DNA from: Elusimicrobiota bacterium
GTDB lineage: Bacteria; Elusimicrobiota; Elusimicrobia; Elusimicrobiales; UBA9959
Reading direction: 5' to 3'
Assembly (NCBI GenBank): GCA_016207645.1
Contig: JACQPH010000045.1
Span: 6,610-70,609, forward strand
DNA: 64,000 nt
Shown: positions 25,764 through 34,881 of the stretch, piece by piece
Position numbering within the stretch: the stretch's first letter is position 1
Layout: every line of letters starts with the position of its first letter
Made by a program: the position numbers and the translations under genes
Notes under the pieces: generated by a model
The model's database searches: none
Told to the model about the DNA's origin: nothing
Seen by the model: the letters and a program-made list of their open reading frames with translations, nothing else

Positions 25764-27077
25764 CTATTCGGCGCGCAGCGCGTCGGCGGGCTTCAGGCCG
25801 GCGGCCACCCAGGCCGGGTAGATGGCGAAAGCGAAGGCGGTAAAAGCCGCTATCAGCACGGACACAAAAGGCATCCAGGCCTTTATCGGGCTGCCGCCCA
25901 TCCCGAGCATCACCTTTACCGGCACCCCCCACAGATAGCCCAGGGCCGAGCCCAGCACGCCGCCTATCAGCCCCAGCATGACGGCTTCCACGATGAACTG
26001 CAGCATGATGTCCCGGCGGCTGGCGCCGATGGCCCGGCGTATGCCTATCTCCCTCGTACGCGCGAAGACCGTGGCCAGCGTGACGTTCATGATGCCGATG
26101 CCGCCGGCCAGGAAGGCCAGCATGCCGAGCGAAATGGTGACCAGGGCGTCCTTGACGCCGGCGGCGATCCTCTCGCGGATGATCTCCAGCTGGTTCTCGA
26201 CTATGAAGAAGTCCCCGTCGCCGAAGCGGATCTTGAGGAAATTATTTATCTTCCTCAGCGCCTCGTCGTAAGTCTGTTCGTTCCCGGTGTCGATATTGAG
26301 CTCCAGGGACTGCTGGCCTATGAAATTATAATGGACCAGCGTGGTGACGGGCGCCAGGACCTTGTAATCCTGGCTGGAGCCCGTGATAGTGGCGGGGCGC
26401 TTCGAATAAGGCAGTTCCTCCAGGATGCCGATCACGGTGAAGGTGAAGCCGTCTATATTGACCGTCTTGCCCAGCAGGTCGTTATGCGCCACCAGCATGT
26501 CGAAGCCGCCGGTGAAATTGTATTGCTTCATCCTGCTCTTATAAAGATCATTGCCGGGCGGAGGGGCGGCTTTTTTTACCAGCACACAGACCCTGAGCTT
26601 GTTCTCCACGTCGTGCCAGTCCAGGAAGCGGCCCTTCAGGGTATAGATGAAATCCCTCTTTACCCATTCCGGGGTCACGCCCATCACGCTGGTGGTCAGG
26701 CGGTGCTCGCCGTAGACCAGCACGTTCCGCCAGTCGCGGCCCTCGGGGGAGACCATGTAGAGTTCGGGCAGTTTCTCCCGCAGCCTCAGCACGTCGTCGT
26801 AGGTGAGGACGGGCGGCGGGACGTAGTCGTCGGGGTTGGAGTAGGTCTGGCTGTAATTCTGGGAGATCTTCAGCCTGGCCATGCCGGAAACCTGCTTCTG
26901 CCGCTCCAGGCTGGCGTAGGTGGCGAAGATGGCGGAGAAGGCGTCTATAAAGACCACCGACCCGGCCGCGATGGCCAGGAAGCTGAGCACCGAGCGCGTC
27001 TTATGCGCCCAGATCTCGGTGAAGCCCGTTTTGACCGCGTTCAGGAGGGCTCTCACTGTTCCAGCCTCCCGTCGCAC
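25764..27077 (-). CDS. MacB/FtsX-type ABC transporter permease
   Basis: N-terminal TM, large periplasmic domain, C-terminal TM bundle with REIGIRRAIGASRRDI. Confidence 0.85.
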   Translation of the reverse strand: MRREAGTVRALLNAVKTGFTEIWAHKTRSVLSFLAIAAGSVVFIDAFSAIFATYASLERQKQVSGMARLKISQNYSQTYSNPDDYVPPPVLTYDDVLRLREKLPELYMVSPEGRDWRNVLVYGEHRLTTSVMGVTPEWVKRDFIYTLKGRFLDWHDVENKLRVCVLVKKAAPPPGNDLYKSRMKQYNFTGGFDMLVAHNDLLGKTVNIDGFTFTVIGILEELPYSKRPATITGSSQDYKVLAPVTTLVHYNFIGQQSLELNIDTGNEQTYDEALRKINNFLKIRFGDGDFFIVENQLEIIRERIAAGVKDALVTISLGMLAFLAGGIGIMNVTLATVFARTREIGIRRAIGASRRDIMLQFIVEAVMLGLIGGVLGSALGYLWGVPVKVMLGMGGSPIKAWMPFVSVLIAAFTAFAFAIYPAWVAAGLKPADALRAE

Positions 27078-27718
27078 ATGCGCAGGTTGCGCCCGGCCCG
27101 GGCGGCCAGTTCCTTGTCGTGCGTGACCATGATCACGGTGATCCCTTCCGCGTTAAGCTCGACCAGCATCTGCATTATTTCCTTGCTCGAAGCGGAATCC
27201 AGGTTGCCGGTAGGCTCGTCGGCCAGGATAAGCCTGGGGGAATTGGCCAGCGCCCGGGCTATGGCCACGCGCTGGCGCTCGCCGCCGGAGAGCTCCAGCG
27301 GGATCTTCTTTTCCTTGCCGTGCAGGCCCACCCTGCGCAGCAGGGCATGGGCGCGCTCGTGCATCTCCGCGCGGCCCGCCCCGGCATACATCAGCGGGAG
27401 GGCGACGTTCTCCACGGAGGAAAGCCTGTTCAGCAGGTGGAAGGACTGGAAAACAAAACCTATCTCGTCGCGGCGCTTGGAGGAGCGCTCCAGGTCGGAA
27501 AGGGTGAACACATCGCGCCCGTTAAGGGAGTATTTCCCCCCGCTCGGCTCGTCCAGCAGGCCAATGATGTTGAGCAAAGTGGATTTACCGCAGCCGGAAG
27601 GCCCGGTGACGGCCACGAACTCCCCCGCCTTTATATCGAAAGAAACGCCGCGGAGGGCGGGCCAGCCGGCCTTTCCCCCCTCGTAAACCTTTGTCAGGTC
27701 AGCGCACTTTATGCTCAC
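27053..27718 (-). CDS. ABC transporter ATP-binding protein (MacB/LolD-like)
   Basis: Walker A GPSGCGKST, signature LSGGERQR, Walker B LILADEPTGNLD. Confidence 0.9.
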   Translation of the reverse strand: MSIKCADLTKVYEGGKAGWPALRGVSFDIKAGEFVAVTGPSGCGKSTLLNIIGLLDEPSGGKYSLNGRDVFTLSDLERSSKRRDEIGFVFQSFHLLNRLSSVENVALPLMYAGAGRAEMHERAHALLRRVGLHGKEKKIPLELSGGERQRVAIARALANSPRLILADEPTGNLDSASSKEIMQMLVELNAEGITVIMVTHDKELAARAGRNLRMCDGRLEQ

Positions 27719-28641
27719 TTCAGGGTCTCCGGCGCCGCGGTGAAAAGTTTATCCCCGGGTTTGACCGGGCCGGCCAGTTCGACCTCGGCTTCCGACCGCA
27801 GGCCGGGGAAGACCTCCAGCTTCTCGTACTCGTAGCCGGTCTTCTGGCGGTAGACGTAATGGTTCAGGCCTTCCTGGAACAGCGTCTCGATGGGGGCCTT
27901 CAGCACGTTCTTCTTCGCCTGCATATTGGCGGTGACCACGGCGCTCATGCCCACGCGCATCTTCTGGCTGGGCTTGTCGATGTTTATCACCACGCGGAAC
28001 ACCTTGGTGCCGGTACCCCCCCAGTTGTTGGACTTGCTTTCGGCCATCGGGGCCACCACGTCGATCTTCCCGGAGAATTTCTCGCCGGGGATGGACGTGA
28101 AGGTGATGAAGACCGGCATGCCCAGCCTGAGCTTGAAAATGTCTATTTCGCTCACCTGCAGGTTCACCGCCAGCGTGTTCATGTCCACCACGCGGGACAC
28201 GCAGGAACCCGAGCCGTCCACGCGCTTGCCTTCGCGGACCTCCTCCTCGCTGCCGCCCCGCCAGCCGGTGCTGATGCAGCGGGTGAGCAGCCCGGAGCGG
28301 GGCGACACTATAGGGACCGGCACGTACTGGGTGGAGTCGATGCGCTCTCCGCCCTTGAACATCATGATCTTCTCGTTCTTCTCCGCGTACTGCCCTTCCT
28401 TCTTCAGGATCTCCACGATGAAGCCCTTGCTGGGCGGAAAAATATCCACCGCGTCGCGCGAGACCAGCTCGCCGGATTCCTGCATATCCAGCTTGAGGTC
28501 GCCCCTGCTCGCTTCCCTGATGAAATCCGCAAGGTCCGCGCGGATGAGCATCTTTTTATAGCGCGTATAGCCGGCGAACCCCAGGGCGCTCACGAGGGCC
28601 AGTACCACCAGCCATACCGCGGGCTTTACTATTTTTTTCAT
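27715..28641 (-). CDS. Periplasmic adaptor (HlyD/MacA-type membrane fusion protein)
   Basis: N-terminal membrane anchor. Position between the TolC-like and ABC genes. Barrel-sandwich/beta-barrel-like sequence. Confidence 0.75.
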   Translation of the reverse strand: MKKIVKPAVWLVVLALVSALGFAGYTRYKKMLIRADLADFIREASRGDLKLDMQESGELVSRDAVDIFPPSKGFIVEILKKEGQYAEKNEKIMMFKGGERIDSTQYVPVPIVSPRSGLLTRCISTGWRGGSEEEVREGKRVDGSGSCVSRVVDMNTLAVNLQVSEIDIFKLRLGMPVFITFTSIPGEKFSGKIDVVAPMAESKSNNWGGTGTKVFRVVINIDKPSQKMRVGMSAVVTANMQAKKNVLKAPIETLFQEGLNHYVYRQKTGYEYEKLEVFPGLRSEAEVELAGPVKPGDKLFTAAPETLK

Positions 28642-28648
28642 AATGGTC

Positions 28649-29938
28649 TCACTCCCAGATCTTCTCCCCGAGCAGCACCCTGTAATTGGCCAGCGCCAGG
28701 TCCAGGTCGTTGGCGGCCGTGATCTGGCTGTTGCTGGAATCCAGGAGTTTCGTCTGCGAACTGTCCAGCTGGAGGAAAGAAGCGCTGCCCAGCGAGTATT
28801 CCGAAAGCAGGTTCTCGATGGTCTCCGACTGGGCCTTCACCTGGAATTCCAGCAGCTGGCGGGATTTCACCTGCAGCTCTATATCTTTTTGCGCGGACAG
28901 CACGCTCGTTTTAAGCGCGCGGACCGAATTCTCCAGGTCGAGCCCGGCGGAGGCGAGGGCGGCTTCCAGGTTCTTCACTTCCAGATAGTTCTGCGCGCCC
29001 AGGAAACCGAAGGGCAGGCTTAAAGACGCGCCCAGGCTGTAGGCGGGATCGCCGCCGAAACCGCCCGGGGCGCCGGAAAGCCCCAGCACCGTTTTCCGCC
29101 AGGCCGCGTCCACCTTGAGCCGCGGGTAATTGGACAGCACGCCGGCGCGGTTGGCGAGCTTCGTCCTTTCCAGCGCGAGCCGCTGCCGGCGCAGGGTGAA
29201 GTTGTTCTCCAGGGCTTTCGCCACGTCCTCTTTCGGCAGCGGCAGCCCGATAGCCGCCGACTGGGTGCTTATTTCCACCGTCTGCGGCGCGCCGGGCTCG
29301 GCGTTAATGAGCTCGTTGAAGGCCATCAGGGCCTTGCTCGCAGCGGTCTCCTCGCGCGCCAGCGAGAGCTCGCTGTCCAGCTTGTCGCCCTCGCTCTGCG
29401 TCACCTCTATATGGCTCCTGGTCCCGGATTGGAACTGCTCGTTGGTATCCTTGTACTGGCGCTCGCGGGAGGCCAGGTTCATCTTCGCGGTGCCGATGCG
29501 CCGCTGCGCCGAATACAGCGCGTAAAAGCGGTTAAGCGCCTTCACGGCTTCGTCCTGCTTCGCGATGAAGAGGTCCAGCCGCGCGGCCTCGTAGTCCAGC
29601 CTCGCGGTCTTTATCCGGCGCAGGGGGCTGGAGGCGGAGTCGTACAGGTTCCAGGAAGCCGACAGGCTGGAAGCTACTTCGTCCTTCCGGAAACGCGGGG
29701 AGGGGTCGCTCTCGTCGTAGAAAGTGTCGGACATGCTGAAAGTGAAAGCCGGCAGGGCGGCGTCGAGCAGCGCGGCCTTATAGGCGTTCTCGGCCTGTCC
29801 GAAGCTCTGCTCCGCCTTGCGCATGGTCGGGGAGGCGTCCAGGACGGTCCTGATATAGGACCCGGGGGTAAAGGGCCCGGCGGAGGCCGGAGCGGCCAGG
29901 ACCGCCAGGAAAAAGACCGCCGCGCGGAATTTGGTCAT
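28649..29938 (-). CDS. TolC-family outer-membrane efflux protein
   Basis: Signal peptide MTKFRAAVFFLAVLAAPASA, two OEP-like repeats. First gene of the efflux operon. Confidence 0.8.
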   Translation of the reverse strand: MTKFRAAVFFLAVLAAPASAGPFTPGSYIRTVLDASPTMRKAEQSFGQAENAYKAALLDAALPAFTFSMSDTFYDESDPSPRFRKDEVASSLSASWNLYDSASSPLRRIKTARLDYEAARLDLFIAKQDEAVKALNRFYALYSAQRRIGTAKMNLASRERQYKDTNEQFQSGTRSHIEVTQSEGDKLDSELSLAREETAASKALMAFNELINAEPGAPQTVEISTQSAAIGLPLPKEDVAKALENNFTLRRQRLALERTKLANRAGVLSNYPRLKVDAAWRKTVLGLSGAPGGFGGDPAYSLGASLSLPFGFLGAQNYLEVKNLEAALASAGLDLENSVRALKTSVLSAQKDIELQVKSRQLLEFQVKAQSETIENLLSEYSLGSASFLQLDSSQTKLLDSSNSQITAANDLDLALANYRVLLGEKIWE

Positions 29939-29988
29939 AGGAATAGCGGGTAGAATAAATGTACAGACCGTACTATATTTTACAAAAT

Positions 29989-30798
29989 TTACTTCCGCTT
30001 CTTTTCCGGCCGCGGGTCGGGGAGCTCATCTTCCTGAAGCGCAAGCCGGATAGTTGTCTGCAGCAGGACGCATTCCGGGCAGTCCAGGCCGGCCTTGAGA
30101 GTGTAGCCCAGATAGAGCTCGGCCTCTTTATAGCGCTTCAGCTCGTAGCAGACCAGGCCCATGTGCTTGGAGGTGGCGGCGAGGACCGGTCTTGGCGCGC
30201 GGACGCCGAGCCCGGCCTTGAGGGCTCCGTAAGCTTTGGGGAAATCGTCGAGCCCTTCGTAGGCGGAGGCCAGCGCGTTATAATACGGGTGCTTCTTCGC
30301 CCCCTCGAGGCCGCCGGCGGTCTCCAGCAGGCCCAGGGCCTCGCTGAATTTCTTCTCCTGGAGAAAGGCCCCGGCCAGGGAAAGATAGATCCCGGGGTTC
30401 TTGCTGCCGTTCTGGGCGGCGAGTTCCGCGAATTTGAGCGCTTCGGCGGCGGCGCCTTTCCTGGCGTGCACCGCGGCCAGCGACTCGTAGGCGGCGAGCA
30501 CCTGCTCGGGAGAGACCTGCCCGGCTACCTTGATGGCCAGCAATTCGTTCAGGTCGGAGACGACCCCGTCCCAGCTCTCGTCTTTCTCCAGGAGCTGCGC
30601 CCTCCTCAGCAGGTACGCTCCCTTGTAGCCGGCCGTGTGGTTCTCTATCAGGAAAGTGCAGGCTGCCGCCGCCTTCCGCCCCTCTCCTTCGAGGCAGTCT
30701 TTTTTCTTCGCGCTCAGGAAAAAACTGAAAGCTATGAAACCCGCGCCGGAAACGGCGAAGACCAGCGCTCCCCACTTGATCAGCTTTTTTATCGGCAT
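29989..30798 (-). CDS. Membrane-anchored TPR-repeat protein
   Basis: N-terminal TM (WGALVFAVSGAGFIAFSFFL) followed by repeated A/Y/L-rich TPR-like helices. Confidence 0.65.
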   Translation of the reverse strand: MPIKKLIKWGALVFAVSGAGFIAFSFFLSAKKKDCLEGEGRKAAAACTFLIENHTAGYKGAYLLRRAQLLEKDESWDGVVSDLNELLAIKVAGQVSPEQVLAAYESLAAVHARKGAAAEALKFAELAAQNGSKNPGIYLSLAGAFLQEKKFSEALGLLETAGGLEGAKKHPYYNALASAYEGLDDFPKAYGALKAGLGVRAPRPVLAATSKHMGLVCYELKRYKEAELYLGYTLKAGLDCPECVLLQTTIRLALQEDELPDPRPEKKRK

Positions 30799-30809
30799 AA
30801 GGCGCCCGT

Positions 30810-32552
30810 TTATTTCCCGGCCCGCGCGTAAAGGCAGTCGGCTTCGTCGTTGCGGCCTTCCCGGTCGAAGAGGGCGGCCAGCTTCTCCAGCCCCTCTTTG
30901 TCGGAGGAAAGCTCATACACAAAAATAGAATAGCCCGCGGTGAAAACCGGCTTGCGGGCCTTCAGCCAGGAGAAAGTCGCCTTGTCGGGATAATAGGTGC
31001 CCTGGAGGTTGGTGGCCGAGACCGCCAGCAGGACCTCCTTCATGCCGCAGACCTGCGCCCCGGCGGCCTTCAGCTCCACGTTGGAAACTATGCCCAGCGG
31101 GACGTAATTTATGCCGTGGCTTTCCGGCCTGGCCACGCCGAAATAGGAGAAGACCACCGGCGGGTTCCCCCGGCTTTTCAGATAAGCGGCCAGGCCCTTA
31201 ACGCCCTGTCCCCAGTCCAGGTTGGAATCCACGAAAAGCCTGTAGCCGCCGGCGGGCCCGCCCGCCGGCTCGTTGAAGTAAGCCAGGTAATGCGGCTGCG
31301 CCCGCAGCACGGAAGCGGCGTTAAGCGCCAGCAGCGCGGCGGCGAGCCAGGCCCCGCGCTTCAGCTCCGTCAATCGCGCCAGGGCCAGCCCGGCCAGCAC
31401 GGCGAGGAAAGGCATCACCGGCATGATATGCCTGTAGCCTATCTGCACCTTCGCCGTCAGCGAAGCCGCGAAAAAGACGGCGGGCGGGAGGATAAGCCAC
31501 AAATAGTCCTTCCGGAAATCCCTGAAGGCCAGCCAGGCCCCGGCCAGCGCGCCGAGCAGGACCAGCAGCGGGGTCTTGACCGCCAGCGCCGCCGGGAAAT
31601 ACCACCAGACGCCTTTAAGGGTATAGCGCCCCATCACGAAGGAGGAGCGGCCGGTGTCCAGCCTGTTCAGCGTGGCGGAAAGCCCGGCCCAGTACAGCCC
31701 GAGGTCGAACTTGTAGACCAGGGCCACCGTCAGCAGGCAGACGGCGCAGTAAAGCAGCAGGCAGGCCAGCAGTTTCGGGAACTTCAGCCGCGGCCAGAGC
31801 GCATTGTCGGCCAGCCAGAAGGCCGCTATCATCGGCGGGACTATGAACATGCTGAACTTGGAGACCAGGGCCAGGCCCGACACCGCTCCGGCGAGCGCCG
31901 CCCAGAGCCACAGTTTCCACATGCCCGCGGCTTCGGTTCTCTGCCCGCGCTTCCCCTCCCTGACGGCGGGGACCGTGGTAAAAAGCCAGCCCAGGGCGAA
32001 AGAGCCGAAATAGAAGACCGCCGCGGCCGCGTCGGTGCTGATAAGAGCGTCGTTGGAGATGAAGACCGGCATGGTGCAGAACACGGCGAGGCTGAGCGCC
32101 GCGGCGACCGGCGACCGGAGGCGGGAAGCGAACAGCCAGATGAACCAGGCGAACAGCGCGGTCCAGACCAGGAAGGTGAAAGCGCGGGCCGTGTTCAGCA
32201 GGCGCCCGTGCGGGACGGAGTTCTGGTACAGGAACAGGTCCCCGTAGTGGTAGGGCATGAAATTGGCGAAATAGGGATGCCCGGTGAAGGTCTGCGGTTT
32301 CAGCGCCAGCAGCGGCAGGGCCGAGAGCATCTCGGAGAAAGGCGGGTGGTCCATGATGTTCATCACGTAGCGCCCGGTGTAAAGATAGGAATAGCCGCTG
32401 GAAAGATGCACGGTCTCGTCGTAGGTGGCCGCCGAGGAGCGGATGAAGGAAAAACCGGCGAAAAGGTGGAAGACCAGCGCCGCCGCGGCGAGAACGACCG
32501 GGAACCGGTATTTTTCGCTCATAACTCCATTATATGATACAAAAATAGCCAT
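30810..32552 (-). CDS. GT-C fold glycosyltransferase (ArnT/PMT-like, polyprenyl-phosphate dependent)
   Basis: Multi-TM protein with a first-loop YDE motif (AATYDETVHLSSGYSY). Start uncertain (ATG 32552 or 32522). Confidence 0.75.
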   Translation of the reverse strand: MAIFVSYNGVMSEKYRFPVVLAAAALVFHLFAGFSFIRSSAATYDETVHLSSGYSYLYTGRYVMNIMDHPPFSEMLSALPLLALKPQTFTGHPYFANFMPYHYGDLFLYQNSVPHGRLLNTARAFTFLVWTALFAWFIWLFASRLRSPVAAALSLAVFCTMPVFISNDALISTDAAAAVFYFGSFALGWLFTTVPAVREGKRGQRTEAAGMWKLWLWAALAGAVSGLALVSKFSMFIVPPMIAAFWLADNALWPRLKFPKLLACLLLYCAVCLLTVALVYKFDLGLYWAGLSATLNRLDTGRSSFVMGRYTLKGVWWYFPAALAVKTPLLVLLGALAGAWLAFRDFRKDYLWLILPPAVFFAASLTAKVQIGYRHIMPVMPFLAVLAGLALARLTELKRGAWLAAALLALNAASVLRAQPHYLAYFNEPAGGPAGGYRLFVDSNLDWGQGVKGLAAYLKSRGNPPVVFSYFGVARPESHGINYVPLGIVSNVELKAAGAQVCGMKEVLLAVSATNLQGTYYPDKATFSWLKARKPVFTAGYSIFVYELSSDKEGLEKLAALFDREGRNDEADCLYARAGK

Positions 32553-32593
32553 GGCTCCCGGCCCGGCCAGGTATACGAATCCGCCGGCGGTTT

Positions 32594-32926
32594 TTAATGC
32601 AACCCCGGATGATGGTAAGCGGCAGAGGTGGAAGGGGGTATAAGACTATGCACATGCTGCCATGCATGGGACTCATGGGAAGCGTGCCAAAGGTCATAGG
32701 TCTGCTGCAGATTGGTCCAAAGATTGGGAGTGGTGCGAAATGCCCGGGAAAGGCGTAAAGCCATATCCGGCGTAATAGCGCAACGCTCGTTAACGATCCT
32801 GGAAAGAGTCTTACGGGAGATAGCCAGAGCTTTGGCGGCGGCGGAAACCGTAAGTTTCAGCGGTTCCAGATAGTGCCTTTTAAGGATCCCTCCGGGATGC
32901 GTGGGGGGCCGTGTTTTCTTGTTCAT
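32594..32926 (-). CDS. higA: HigA-type antitoxin (XRE HTH)
   Basis: HPGGILKRHYLEPLKLTVSAAAKALAISRKTLSRIVNERCAITPDMALRLSRAF. Confidence 0.85.
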   Translation of the reverse strand: MNKKTRPPTHPGGILKRHYLEPLKLTVSAAAKALAISRKTLSRIVNERCAITPDMALRLSRAFRTTPNLWTNLQQTYDLWHASHESHAWQHVHSLIPPSTSAAYHHPGLH

Positions 32927-32941
32927 TATAATTTATCCTCT

Positions 32942-33238
32942 CTAGTGATAATCCATGTAATCCACCACATAGGCGTTTCCGTTTTTAAATTGGAAGATAA
33001 TACGCCAGTTGCCGGAAACCCTGACCGCCCAGTATCCTTTAAGCTCCCCTTTGAGCGGATGAAGAACCGAACCGGGATAATCCATATCGTTAATGACCGC
33101 AGCGGCATCCAGACGGTCCAGTATATCCGCCAGTTTCTGCGCCTGGCCCGGCTGGATGCCTTTCTTAGAGCCGGTGTAAAAGAACTTTTCCAAGCCTTTG
33201 TGTTTAAAATTCTCGATCACGGTTATAGTGTAACCCAT
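32942..33238 (-). CDS. higB: HigB-type toxin (RelE/ParE superfamily plasmid-maintenance killer)
   Basis: IENFKHKGLEKFF..KGELKGYWAVRVSGNWRIIFQF. Alternative GTG start at 33220 would give the canonical MIENFKHKGLEKFF N-terminus. Confidence 0.85.
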   Translation of the reverse strand: MGYTITVIENFKHKGLEKFFYTGSKKGIQPGQAQKLADILDRLDAAAVINDMDYPGSVLHPLKGELKGYWAVRVSGNWRIIFQFKNGNAYVVDYMDYH

Positions 33239-33255
33239 AGAGTTACACTTGTCAA
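33220..33255 (-). promoter_or_regulatory. Candidate higBA promoter TTGACA-17-TACACT placed 6 nt before GTG 33220 (leaderless geometry)
   Basis: The minus strand reads TTGACA AGTGTAACTCTATGGGT TACACT ATAACC GTG. The palindrome CGTTAT-G-ATAACG at 33281..33293 lies just upstream. Confidence 0.35.
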
Positions 33256-33299
33256 GAGTTGTTTTTAAGGCAACGTCGGGCGTTATGATAACGGGACGC

Positions 33300-33357
33300 C
33301 AGTTCGGTCCGGGTTGTTAGTAATAAGTCAGATAATCAACTACGTCCCGTATCTCCC
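33300..33357. repeat. Copy A of ~58 bp imperfect direct repeat
   Basis: CAGTTCGGTCCGGGTTGTTAGTAATAAGTCAGATAATCAACTACGTCCCGTATCTCCC aligns with 34793..34850 at roughly four-fifths identity, with two 1-nt indels (hand alignment). Confidence 0.7.
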
Positions 33358-33364
33358 ACCATTC

Positions 33365-34705
33365 TTATTGCCCATTTGGAAATTTAGAGGGACTGGCGCC
33401 CCCCTCACCCTGCTTTCTTTGATTTAGTCGCGATTTGGCCGATTCCCTCGTTCCTTGGTCGGGGTGACTCTTTACAACCTCCTCTAGGACAGGGACAGCT
33501 TCCGCATTGCCCGATAGAGCGACCAAATCCACTGCAAATAGAGACCCTGTGCGGCGTTTTTCTAGAATATCCACGAAAACCGAAAACCGTGAATTAAACA
33601 ACGAACCCACCTTGCTGTCCGCTGAAGCAGCTCTTCGCGGGGAATGAAGTCCGTGCAACCCCTGCAAAACAAAATACTCTACCCGTTCATTCAGCGGCTT
33701 ATCCTCCAACTTTTTCAGCAATGGCTCCACGGCCCGCAAATCATCCGATTCCCCCAAGCTTGCAGCGGCGGACATTTGCACATTTTCATCAGGATCGTTC
33801 AACATTTCAATAAGCCGCGGAACGCTTGATAACCCTTCGCCATAACGAAACCATAAAACAAGCCTGCGGGCAGCCATTTCCCTAACCCTGGAAGAAGCAT
33901 CCGTTAAAAGACCGGTTATTACCGGTAAAGCGTTATCTCTGCGCCGATCGCCTAGATCAAGGGCGGCGCGCGACCTGATTCTATCGTTTGGATGCTTTGA
34001 GAGCGAAATTAAAATATTTGTAGCCTCCGTGGAAAACTGGTCGGATAAAACCAAGCTGGCGGTTTTGATAACCTCCTCATTTTTACTATTCGCGGCAGCA
34101 ATTGCCAGACTCACGAATTCTTTATCGTGTGTATGTCGTATTACAGAGAGCGCGGTATGCTGCGCCTCCGGGACATCGCTTTTGAGTAATTTAACAACTT
34201 CACCATGATACACCCCATGAATAGCACCGCTGGACAATCCCCATATGTACTGGCGGGCTGTCTGCATTAACAGGGTATTTGTAGATGTGGCCAACCCGAA
34301 CATCGCACGATCACGTTCGAAATCGGTCTTCATGATGGAAACATCAAGAAGCTTCTTCACCATAGTGATGTTCCGCTCTTCGTATTTCGGAGATAGCGGC
34401 AAGACATATGTGCGCCGGCCGTTAAAAATTACGACATATGTCGAATCCGGCAGCAGCGGCGCTGGAGGATGGATATCAGATCCGTTGGCCAATGGCCATT
34501 CAAGCGCTTTTGGGGATACTTGCCCCTTAAGGACAGTCAGAATTTCAACCGGGAACGGAGCGGTTCTCTGTGACGCCGTTTTCCCCACAAAAATAGCATC
34601 ACTTGACTTAACCCACTCGTACAAATTTGGAGGCAGGGATTTTGCCGAGGCACCGGAAATAACGGCAAACACTAAAACCCAAAAACCTCTGTGCCCAAAT
34701 TTCAT
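33365..34705 (-). CDS. Secreted HEAT-repeat (PBS-lyase HEAT-like) protein, low GC
   Basis: Signal peptide MKFGHRGFWVLVFAVISGASA. Repeated ..D..VR..AA..LG.. HEAT-like units (RIRSRAALDLG, SRVREMAARRL, ENVQMSAAASLG). GGAGG 9 nt upstream. Confidence 0.7.
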   Translation of the reverse strand: MKFGHRGFWVLVFAVISGASAKSLPPNLYEWVKSSDAIFVGKTASQRTAPFPVEILTVLKGQVSPKALEWPLANGSDIHPPAPLLPDSTYVVIFNGRRTYVLPLSPKYEERNITMVKKLLDVSIMKTDFERDRAMFGLATSTNTLLMQTARQYIWGLSSGAIHGVYHGEVVKLLKSDVPEAQHTALSVIRHTHDKEFVSLAIAAANSKNEEVIKTASLVLSDQFSTEATNILISLSKHPNDRIRSRAALDLGDRRRDNALPVITGLLTDASSRVREMAARRLVLWFRYGEGLSSVPRLIEMLNDPDENVQMSAAASLGESDDLRAVEPLLKKLEDKPLNERVEYFVLQGLHGLHSPRRAASADSKVGSLFNSRFSVFVDILEKRRTGSLFAVDLVALSGNAEAVPVLEEVVKSHPDQGTRESAKSRLNQRKQGEGGASPSKFPNGQ

Positions 34706-34792
34706 GAGAACACGCCTCCGACTTATCCCTTCTGTTTTTTAAGCTTTGGACGGGGATAATGGAACGAAGTTGGCTTTGTGATTATTTACCCA

Positions 34793-34850
34793 CAGTTCAG
34801 TCCGGGTCGTTATAATAAGTCAAATAGCCAACTACACCCAATTATCTCCC
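34793..34850. repeat. Copy B of ~58 bp imperfect direct repeat
   Basis: CAGTTCAGTCCGGGTCGTTATAATAAGTCAAATAGCCAACTACACCCAATTATCTCCC. Lies between the XDH-L1 stop and the HEAT gene start. Confidence 0.7.
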
Positions 34851-34881
34851 GTTGTTTTTGGCTTACATCACACAGATATGA

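Noticed and set aside
32553-34881. Low-GC islet as a bona fide mobile element (IS, integrative element or prophage remnant)
   Set aside because: There is no transposase, integrase or recombinase, no terminal inverted repeats and no tRNA target. Only the compositional shift, a TA pair and the 58-bp direct repeats are seen. Reported as a finding, not annotated as a mobile_element.
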